Positions 40,496 to 48,029 of a DNA stretch of 64,000 nt are shown here, in pieces; position 1 is the stretch's first letter, and every line of letters begins with the position of its first letter. The DNA is taken from NCBI GenBank assembly GCA_964554625.1, contig CAZKPL010000001.1:10876-74875 (forward strand), in the 5' to 3' direction. The position numbers were made by a program, and so were the translations under genes. Source of the DNA: an uncultured Nitrosomonas sp. GTDB lineage: Bacteria; Pseudomonadota; Gammaproteobacteria; Burkholderiales; Nitrosomonadaceae. The notes beneath the pieces are model-generated. The model was not told where the DNA came from and ran no database searches. It saw nothing but the letters and a program-made list of their open reading frames with translations.

Positions 40496-40529
40496 GGATG
40501 CCGGTGAACAGCAACCGTCGCCGGCATCC
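40496..40529 (+). promoter_or_regulatory. Intercistronic stem-loop after the repeat-protein gene (candidate attenuator or mRNA-stabilising hairpin)
   Basis: GGATGCCGG(TG)-loop-(CG)CCGGCATCC. 9 perfect bp, extendable to 11 with one G-U. No T-tract follows. It lies 42 nt after the stop and 31 nt before the next start. Confidence 0.45.
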
Positions 40530-40559
40530 TGAAAGAAATGAACGAAGGGGGTTATTAAG

Positions 40560-40922
40560 ATGGTTTCATTTATAAAAAGCAGCCTGCTTCTTCTGTTTGT
40601 TTTGACATTGCCTATTCATGCAGCCAAGGCATCTTCCAGCCAATCTGACGATGCATTACCTTTTTCATTGGCTGAAGCCGTGTCCGCTGATGAACTTGAA
40701 GAGGCACGAGGCCGGGAAGGCATTGATATCACCACGCTAAATAACATGAATGTGCAAGCTACCTTAACGGGCAATGTAGCAAACAACAGCCTTACTGGAA
40801 CGAACATTATCGATCATGGCGCATTTGCTGGCTCTGGCGGCATGTTTTCCGTGATTCAAAATAGCGGCAACAACGTGATTATTCAGGATTCCACTATCGT
40901 GAATGTAACCATAGTCCCCTAA
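40560..40922 (+). CDS. Small secreted protein with a C-terminal VIQNSGNNVIIQ module (candidate minor subunit or nucleator)
   Basis: 120 aa. Signal peptide LLLLFVLTLPIHAAKA, then SADELEEARGREG, then NIIDHGAFAGSGGMFSVIQNSGNNVIIQDSTIVNVTIVP. Confidence 0.75.
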   Translation: MVSFIKSSLLLLFVLTLPIHAAKASSSQSDDALPFSLAEAVSADELEEARGREGIDITTLNNMNVQATLTGNVANNSLTGTNIIDHGAFAGSGGMFSVIQNSGNNVIIQDSTIVNVTIVP

Positions 40923-40936
40923 TACCGATATTTTAA

Positions 40937-41671
40937 ATGCTCATTCAAATATTCAATCCCGATATGAAACCTCTCTTCGCCCGCTGCGTTGCACTTATTC
41001 TATCCGCATTTTGCAGCGCCGCTGGCGCTGGTTCACTTGACCTGAATGGCATCGCAGGCGGAGGAAACTACAATGTCTCAGTAAAGAGTTTCGCGGAAAT
41101 GAAGTTCAGTACTGTTTATAAACAACAGTATGATTTCAGCTGTGGTTCGGCAGCATTAGCGAGTCTGCTTACTTTTCATTATGGCGACGGCGTGAATGAG
41201 CAAAGTGTATTCATGGAGATGTTTCAACATGGCGAGCAGGAGAAGATCAAGAAGCTGGGCTTCTCCTTACTGGATATGAAAAAGTATCTGGAAAGGCGAG
41301 GCTACCGGTCCGATGGGTTCAAGATCAGTTTAGATCAGCTCGTGGCCGCTAACAGTCCTGCCATTACCATTATCAACGCAAATGGCTATTTACATTTCGT
41401 GATTATCAAAGGCATTACTGCGCAGCGTGTTTTGGTGGGTGATCCAGCTAAAGGTGTCCATATTGTCCCGCGCGACGAATTTGAAGCAATGTGGGAAAAG
41501 CGCATCCTGTTTTTAATCCATGCGGATCAAGGCATCGGCACGGGAAATTTTCAGGATCAGAAGGAGTGGTCCGCCCGCCTGGCGCCGCTGGGGGATGCCA
41601 TTGATCGAAGCAGTCTGGCTGAATACCATGTTTTGATACGCGGGCAGGTGCCGGGTCCTTTTGATTTCTAA
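40937..41671 (+). CDS. Periplasmic C39-family cysteine peptidase (FapD-like)
   Basis: 244 aa. Signal peptide KPLFARCVALILSAFCSAAGA. Oxyanion Gln and nucleophile Cys in YKQQYDFSCGSAALASLL. GFSLLDMKKYL. His in NGYLHFVIIKG. Asp in VLVGDPAKG. No ABC transporter domain is attached. Confidence 0.85.
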   Translation: MLIQIFNPDMKPLFARCVALILSAFCSAAGAGSLDLNGIAGGGNYNVSVKSFAEMKFSTVYKQQYDFSCGSAALASLLTFHYGDGVNEQSVFMEMFQHGEQEKIKKLGFSLLDMKKYLERRGYRSDGFKISLDQLVAANSPAITIINANGYLHFVIIKGITAQRVLVGDPAKGVHIVPRDEFEAMWEKRILFLIHADQGIGTGNFQDQKEWSARLAPLGDAIDRSSLAEYHVLIRGQVPGPFDF

Positions 41672-41691
41672 TTTATTGCTGGATATTAAAC

Positions 41692-42195
41692 ATGAACACT
41701 TATAAATTAGACTTTCCCCAGAAAAACTCCAAGCGCTTATCTCTATTCATCGCTCTCGTATGCCTGATCATTGCCTGTCACGCATCTGCAGACGAATCAC
41801 CCACCAGATCTGAATCTGACTCTATTGATGTCTATGACAACTGGCCCCGGGCGACTGATGGTGAACTAGCGCAACAAAGAGGCGGGTTTATGCTCCCCAA
41901 TGGAGTAACGATAGATTTCAGCTTTGAAAGAATTATTTCATTGAATGGCGTGGAAACCTTTTCTTCCCTCTTGCAATTCCCCGAAAATGGCTTGGTATTG
42001 CAAAATGGCAGCCACAATCTGGCATCAGATTTAGCCGTCTCAGGTTTAGGTCATGTCATTCAAAATAATTTAGATAATCAAGTAATCAAGACTATCAATG
42101 AAATTAACATTGAGATCGGTAACCTGCAGAATATTGGGTTACATAATAGCCATGGTCATGGCAGCATGAATATGATCTTACCCGTTCTACACTAA
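41692..42195 (+). CDS. Small secreted protein with a double-glycine-like motif and VIQNNLDNQVIK module (FapE-position protein)
   Basis: 167 aa. Signal peptide LSLFIALVCLIIACHASA, TDGELAQQRGG-F, then SDLAVSGLGHVIQNNLDNQVIKTINEINIEI. Confidence 0.75.
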   Translation: MNTYKLDFPQKNSKRLSLFIALVCLIIACHASADESPTRSESDSIDVYDNWPRATDGELAQQRGGFMLPNGVTIDFSFERIISLNGVETFSSLLQFPENGLVLQNGSHNLASDLAVSGLGHVIQNNLDNQVIKTINEINIEIGNLQNIGLHNSHGHGSMNMILPVLH

Positions 42196-42397
42196 TCATC
42201 TTTAAGTTGTTAGATACCCTCAAGCGGATATAAAATCTTTCCGGCAAGGCTGCATGCATAGCAAAAAATTTTCGTTATAAGCATGCTCTCCTCAAAATAC
42301 AGAGCAGAACTTGCTCTAATCTTCTGGTTGCAGCATTCTCATCGGGTTTTATAATGACTTCCCTCATAGGCAAGAAGCACTGTCAACTTAATCAAAA

Positions 42398-43702
42398 ATG
42401 AATAAAAAATATTGTCACACGCTTTGTTTTTGGAATGGAATAACCCGATGCTTTGTTTTTATCGCATGTCTTTTTTTCATAAATGGAAGCTATGCTGAAA
42501 CAAGCAAACCTGCAGATTCATTAGAGCACTACCGGCAGCTTCTTGTTGAGCAGGAGAAAAAATTTGAAAGACAGCGCCAATTACTTGAAGAACAAGGCAA
42601 GGAACTGGAACGCTTAAGAAAACACCTTGATGCACTATCCAAACAATCTCCTGCTCCATCAAATCAGCCAAAGCCATCAGCACCAACCAATACCGCAGCC
42701 AAGCAAAAAGAAGACACACCAAGAGCGTCGCCGAATCAGATACCGTCGGGACCAGTCGGCCAGGCTCCTCCTGAGTCAAAAGAACCAGCGAGACCTCCAG
42801 AAATGCCCAGGCTAAGTGAAACGGTAGGGGGTGTTTTAACCAAAAAAGGCAACATTATTGTTGAACCGGCCATGGCATATTCTTATTCTGACAACAACCG
42901 CGTATTTCTGGATGCTTTTACTTTTATACCGGCAATTGCGGTCGGTCTCATCGATATCCGTGATATTACCCGGCACAGTCTTTTTGCCAGCCTTGGGTTA
43001 CGCTATGGCGCAACTAATCGTCTGGAATTGGAAGCCAGGGTTCCTTATGTATACCGTGCCGATATCCAGCGTTCCCGTCCTGTTAGCATCGGCTCCAGCA
43101 TTAATGAAACATTCGACGCAAGCGGAAATAATATCGGTGATGTCGAGCTGACAGCCCGTTATCAGCTCACCGATGGTTCGGGCGGCTGGCCTATTTTGGT
43201 GGGTAATATGGTCACAACGATACCCACAGGAACCAGTCCCTTTGATATCAAATTTGTTGAATCACAAGAAGTACCCGGCGCCATGTTCCCAACAGAAGCT
43301 CCGACAGGATCAGGTTTTTTCAGTTTCCAGCCAAGTGTTACCGCACTTTATCCAACCGATCCAGCCGTATTCTTCAGCAACATCCAATACACCTATACCA
43401 TGGAAACTGATGGGAATGCAGGCAAGATCGACCCGGGCGACGCAGTAGGCATGACTTTTGGTATGGGATTTAACATTAATGAACGATCCTCCTTTAACCT
43501 GGGATACTCTCATAGACATTTTTTTAATACACGGGTAAATGGCGATAAAATCGGCGGTTCTGCACTGGATATTGGACAAGTGTTATTGGGTTACGCATTC
43601 AGATATTCCCAACGAGTCAATTTTAATTTATCCATCGGAATCGGCGCGACCGACAATGCACAAGATGCAACCATTACCTTCAGGGCACCGATAACCTTTT
43701 AA
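42398..43702 (+). CDS. Outer-membrane beta-barrel protein with N-terminal coiled coil and Pro-rich linker (FapF-like architecture)
   Basis: 434 aa. Signal peptide to SYA-ETS. Heptad-rich LEHYRQLLVEQEKKFERQRQLLEEQGKELERLRKHLDAL. Linker of about 55 aa rich in P/S/A/Q. Then alternating-polarity strands ending ITFRAPITF, with a terminal aromatic residue. Confidence 0.85.
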   Translation: MNKKYCHTLCFWNGITRCFVFIACLFFINGSYAETSKPADSLEHYRQLLVEQEKKFERQRQLLEEQGKELERLRKHLDALSKQSPAPSNQPKPSAPTNTAAKQKEDTPRASPNQIPSGPVGQAPPESKEPARPPEMPRLSETVGGVLTKKGNIIVEPAMAYSYSDNNRVFLDAFTFIPAIAVGLIDIRDITRHSLFASLGLRYGATNRLELEARVPYVYRADIQRSRPVSIGSSINETFDASGNNIGDVELTARYQLTDGSGGWPILVGNMVTTIPTGTSPFDIKFVESQEVPGAMFPTEAPTGSGFFSFQPSVTALYPTDPAVFFSNIQYTYTMETDGNAGKIDPGDAVGMTFGMGFNINERSSFNLGYSHRHFFNTRVNGDKIGGSALDIGQVLLGYAFRYSQRVNFNLSIGIGATDNAQDATITFRAPITF

Positions 43703-43736
43703 TTCCGGAATGATTAGACTTTCCTTTATTCCTTAT

Positions 43737-45188
43737 TTACTTTTCCAGAATAGCGAGAAACCGGAGATAGCGTCTATTTAACCCTGAATCTTGCACATCA
43801 GATTCTCCGGATGGCCAGAAGCAGGTTTCCTGCAAGACTGACCAGTCTGCTGGCTTACCGGCGGCAAGCCAGGCAATACCCCGCGCTGTCGCTTCTACCA
43901 ACACTGGCCGATGAACGGTTAATTGGGATAAGTCAGCCAATTTCTGACAGAGCGCATCCGATTGCGCCAAGCCACCGCTAATGACCAAATGCTGAGGCCC
44001 ATTCCCCGTTTCTGCCAATGCCTCTAAATTAGCCTGAATCAGAAAAAGAATACTTTCGGCAACCGCAACCAGAATGCATGCAGGCGGGGCGCGCTCAAGC
44101 GCATTTCCATCAAGATCAGTTAGCTGGGGTTGCGGCCCTTCGCTCCACCATGGTGATCCCAGTCCACTGATACTGTTGATAAACAGCGGAGGATCATGAA
44201 TCGTCATCAATGCCTGCTCAAGTTGATGGTACAAATCAGCGATATGCCAATGCAGACCAGCCCAATCCAAGGCACTGCCCGCATTATTCACGGTTCCCTC
44301 TAGCGTATAACTGGCTTGTGTAGTACCGCTCTCCGCTATCCCGCTCAGTAACCCGGGATGACGATATAACGTTTCACCCGTTGGTTGCAGTACAAAAGCA
44401 CCGGTTCCCATATTGACCAATATTCTGCTTTCCGCAAGTGTAGTCGCCGCAAAAAGTGCTGCAGTCTGATCACCGTTGACCGCCGTCAAGGGAATACCGT
44501 AGCCAGCCAGATGACCATATTCATAGCGGACAGGACAACACAGCGGAAGAATCGATCGGGGAATTCCGAACAACTGCATTAACCACGGGTCCCAGTCCCA
44601 ATCTGTCAGGTTCCACAAAAGGGTGCGCGCAGCGTTGGCATGATCAATAACAAAAGGGGTTTCCTCAAGCACATGATGGAGTAAAAAGCTCGCCAAGGGA
44701 CCCAGCGCAAGGCGGGATTGCTGTTCTGCTTTCATGACGGAGGAAAGTGTCTGCCTTAGCCATTGCAATTTGCTGACGCCATAGTGTGGCGAAAGGCGTA
44801 GACCGGTACGTTGCGCGATAGCTTGCGCGTAAGGAGTAAACGAACTCAGCCAGGCTGCAGCGCGGCGGTCTTGCCAGCTGAGTACAGGACTCAAGGCCTG
44901 GCCAGTTTCCCGATCCCAGGCAAGCACACTTGAACGCTGCGTGGCTAATCCTGCCCGATTGATCATGAGCGCATGCTTTTGGGCATAACGCATAGCTTCG
45001 GCGATGACCTGCCGAACAGAACTCAAGATTTCATCGGGATTCTGCTCAACCTCCGTTGAACTACGCTGATATAACGCAATTTTTTGAGTGAATGTTGCGA
45101 CGGCCCGCCCCGTATCGTCAAATAATAACGCACGCGTCATATGCGTACCCTGATCGATAGCCAAAGTATGAGAGTGATGCATCACCAC
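43737..45188 (-). CDS. FGGY-family carbohydrate kinase (glycerol-kinase-like)
   Basis: 483 aa. LAIDQGTHMTRALLFD N-terminal phosphate-1 motif and a C-terminal ISGGLAQSD FGGY_C motif. Confidence 0.8.
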   Translation of the reverse strand: MVMHHSHTLAIDQGTHMTRALLFDDTGRAVATFTQKIALYQRSSTEVEQNPDEILSSVRQVIAEAMRYAQKHALMINRAGLATQRSSVLAWDRETGQALSPVLSWQDRRAAAWLSSFTPYAQAIAQRTGLRLSPHYGVSKLQWLRQTLSSVMKAEQQSRLALGPLASFLLHHVLEETPFVIDHANAARTLLWNLTDWDWDPWLMQLFGIPRSILPLCCPVRYEYGHLAGYGIPLTAVNGDQTAALFAATTLAESRILVNMGTGAFVLQPTGETLYRHPGLLSGIAESGTTQASYTLEGTVNNAGSALDWAGLHWHIADLYHQLEQALMTIHDPPLFINSISGLGSPWWSEGPQPQLTDLDGNALERAPPACILVAVAESILFLIQANLEALAETGNGPQHLVISGGLAQSDALCQKLADLSQLTVHRPVLVEATARGIAWLAAGKPADWSVLQETCFWPSGESDVQDSGLNRRYLRFLAILEK

Positions 45189-45199
45189 AGAATATTCGC

Positions 45200-46411
45200 C
45201 TATGGCGCCTCGATGATCAATTTGGAAACATCCGCTCTAGGCGTGCGATCAGGTAACGTTGGCATAATGGCATGCAGCACTTTTTGCGCAGTAGCACGGC
45301 AAACTGTCAGTTTTCCGCCATAGATACTGACGACTCGTGGCTTCTGAGGCGTATCACACTGCAGATGAATTTCTCGGGAACGATGAAAAGCAGCGCCTTG
45401 AATCGCAGGAAGCACCCGCAGGCCGGAAAATTTTTCTCTAACAGTCATACTTCTTTCTGGAAAGTAATGATGAAAACAATCCAGTAAATAAGCCTCTTCC
45501 GCGGCCAATGGAGACGATTTCTCCGGATCGCCGTTAAATAGGGTTTCAGTTGTTCCTAGAAGGGTATGTTGATGCCATGGCAGCACGAAGACCGCCCTTC
45601 GATCTGCAGGAGATTCCAGATAATAGCATCCTCTATTGAGGCATCCTTCCAGCACCAGATGACTTCCTTGCACCAGATCAACAGGGTATTCCGGCGGATG
45701 AGGGTCGATCCGTTGCGCCACCCTGTTAACCCATGGGCCGGCAGCATTCACAATGACGGCTGCGCTGCAGTGATTCATCCTGTTTTCCTGGAGATAATCG
45801 ATTTCACACACTGTTGGAGAGAGGGTAGCATGAGTAAATTCCGCAGGGCACAGCAATTCCGCGCCCAGTGATCTTGCGGAATGCATCAGTGCCTGGGTCA
45901 AAAGCCGATCATCGGTCTGAGCGTCCCAGTACTGAAAAACATGCTTTAGCCCCTCGGTTGTCAGGCCATCCAGTTGTCCCCATTCAGACTGGGAGACAGA
46001 GCGGAAACGCGATGAGGGGCCGCCGCCAGCCAGCAAGGTATACAGGCTGAGTCCTGCCCGCAGTACCAGCGTGCTGCGGGACGTTTCCCGGTAAACCGGA
46101 ATATAAAACGGACTCAGTCTGACCAGGGAAGGCGCCAGCTTCAGCCAATTAGACCGCTCTCGCAAGCTTTCATGGACAAGCGCAAAATGACCATTCTCCA
46201 GATAGCGCAGACCACCGTGAACCAATTTACTGGAGCGGCTTGAAGTACTCGCAGCCAGCGCAGTTTTTTCCAGCACCAGAACGGTATAACCACGCGCTGC
46301 AGCGGCCTGCGCCACGGCGACTCCCTGAATCCCGCCGCCAATGATAACGATGTCATAGTGGTTGGATACAGGCATGCTGTTTGAGTATTGGATGTTGTAA
46401 TAATGTGCCAA
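45200..46411 (-). CDS. FAD-dependent glycerol-3-phosphate dehydrogenase/oxidase-like oxidoreductase
   Basis: 403 aa. YDIVIIGGGIQGVAVAQAAAARG dinucleotide fold followed by SSRSSKLVHGGLRYLE, typical of GlpD/GlpO. Start ambiguous: the ORF overlaps the upstream gene by 59 nt, and M13 would give a 23 nt overlap. Confidence 0.8.
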   Translation of the reverse strand: MAHYYNIQYSNSMPVSNHYDIVIIGGGIQGVAVAQAAAARGYTVLVLEKTALAASTSSRSSKLVHGGLRYLENGHFALVHESLRERSNWLKLAPSLVRLSPFYIPVYRETSRSTLVLRAGLSLYTLLAGGGPSSRFRSVSQSEWGQLDGLTTEGLKHVFQYWDAQTDDRLLTQALMHSARSLGAELLCPAEFTHATLSPTVCEIDYLQENRMNHCSAAVIVNAAGPWVNRVAQRIDPHPPEYPVDLVQGSHLVLEGCLNRGCYYLESPADRRAVFVLPWHQHTLLGTTETLFNGDPEKSSPLAAEEAYLLDCFHHYFPERSMTVREKFSGLRVLPAIQGAAFHRSREIHLQCDTPQKPRVVSIYGGKLTVCRATAQKVLHAIMPTLPDRTPRADVSKLIIEAP

Positions 46412-47132
46412 TGGTATCGGTCTCGATCAGAGAAATACCCTCATCAGCATACTTGAGCGCTGTGTAACTGTCATTGACGGTGTAAACAACCCATTGCCAA
46501 GGACCTTGCCATCGTGCTCCAGGCGCATGCGGCAGACGCCGGGTGCTACAAAACAGAAACTCGGCTGCCAGCCGTTTTGCGATAACCGCATGCTCACTGT
46601 CCCATTTCGGGATAACCCAGCCAATCCGCTCAGCGCCCTGCCTCCTTGCAAGCGCTGCTGCCCGTGAATCAAACGAAATCAGGACACATTGCCTAATATA
46701 GGGATAAATGACCTCAAGAATGGCATCCATTGTTACCGTCAAACCAAATTTAGCAATACTTTCCAGCTTTATTTCGACAAATGCGGTTACCCACGGCCTC
46801 GCTTGCAAATGCTGACAGAAAGTGGCCAAATCAGATAATGGTTCAGTTTCTGGTGAACCAGAAAAACCCAAACGTGGGTAGGGCACTGAAAGCGTATTAA
46901 TGATTTCATCGTCAAGCTGGGTCAACCAGCAATCACTTCTCGTCAAGCGCCGCAGATGATCATCATGACACAAGAATGGGGTTCGACGAGCGCTCAATTG
47001 TATATCGATCTCGACAAAACAGGCTCCAGCCAGCGTTGCGGCCTCAAACCCGGCAAGACTATTCTCTGGATAGCGCGCAGGATAGCCTCGATGGGCGATA
47101 AGATAAGGGATAGTTTGCTCAGATATAGACAT
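46353..47132 (-). CDS. Glycerophosphodiester phosphodiesterase family protein
   Basis: 259 aa. IAHRGYPARYPENSLAGFEAA and EIDIQLS catalytic motifs. Confidence 0.85.
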   Translation of the reverse strand: MSISEQTIPYLIAHRGYPARYPENSLAGFEAATLAGACFVEIDIQLSARRTPFLCHDDHLRRLTRSDCWLTQLDDEIINTLSVPYPRLGFSGSPETEPLSDLATFCQHLQARPWVTAFVEIKLESIAKFGLTVTMDAILEVIYPYIRQCVLISFDSRAAALARRQGAERIGWVIPKWDSEHAVIAKRLAAEFLFCSTRRLPHAPGARWQGPWQWVVYTVNDSYTALKYADEGISLIETDTIGTLLQHPILKQHACIQPL

Positions 47133-47267
47133 ATGTTTCCTGCAAATAATATGAACCAGAGTCTATTTTGTACTTTGGATCATAGCGATCAGTCAGAGTC
47201 TGATCCTTAAGATTAGATGATAGAATCCTTAAAAATATGGCAATTAATGAATTTTCCGGGAAAAATA

Positions 47268-47900
47268 ATGCGTAAATTTGCAATGAGTTTCAACCTACTC
47301 CTCCCTGTCTTATTGGCAGCCCTGCTTTTCATACCCTATATAATGAATTTTCTTGCGCATGCTCTGATTGGAAAGAAGCAATTCCCTCCCGCCATCATGA
47401 TGAAGTTACCTGTTGAAAGCACCGCTGTCACGTTACCCGCAGAAGTGGTGCAATTCACACCTTTTGATATTGCGCTTCAACTGGATACTCATGCATTGGC
47501 AAGGCGCATCAATAACATTATAGCCAAATCTCCTCATGGCGTTGCCATACGGGGTATTACCGGCAAAGTGCATTCCAACATGCAAGCAGAAATTGTGGGA
47601 AATGCGTTTCATATTGACAATCCAGGACCGCAAGCGCAGCTTCTTTCCAGTCACGGCGAAACGCTCTGGTCCTGGAAAATCACACCCTTAACACCAAATC
47701 GCCAAACACTTACGCTTCAGCTTCATCTGATACCCCTCGACAGCGCGCCGGAAAATCAGGAAGTTGTTGATCTTGCCGAGATACAAGTATTTGCACAAAA
47801 AAATCCTGTTGAATGGACAAAACGGCATGGGATATGGTTTATAGCAGCAGCTGTGCTGGCAACAGGAATTGGGTGGAGAATACGCCGATCCAAACAATAG
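47268..47900 (+). CDS. Hypothetical membrane protein (N- and C-terminal TM anchors)
   Basis: ORF from 47217. The likely start is MRKFAMSFNLLLPVLLAALLF at 47268. C-terminal TM IWFIAAAVLATGIGW. No motif recognised. Confidence 0.55.
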   Translation: MRKFAMSFNLLLPVLLAALLFIPYIMNFLAHALIGKKQFPPAIMMKLPVESTAVTLPAEVVQFTPFDIALQLDTHALARRINNIIAKSPHGVAIRGITGKVHSNMQAEIVGNAFHIDNPGPQAQLLSSHGETLWSWKITPLTPNRQTLTLQLHLIPLDSAPENQEVVDLAEIQVFAQKNPVEWTKRHGIWFIAAAVLATGIGWRIRRSKQ

Positions 47901-48029
47901 ATAAGACAGGCCATACGCAAGCAATACTGGTCAGAATTATTACCATGCTGATCTGGTCAAATTAATTTAAATATTTACATTTCCTGATAAATTGCCAATT
48001 TCATCATCAGTATCAAACAGGACTTCTTT

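Noticed and set aside
46353-46411. Long gene overlaps (GDPD/GlpD-like, 59 nt; plsC/YgjP-like, 71 nt at 54923-54993), considered as possible programmed frameshift or fusion sites.
   Set aside because: Both are more simply explained by downstream start codons (M13 at 46375; M7 at 54975). No slippery heptamer or stimulatory structure was noticed.
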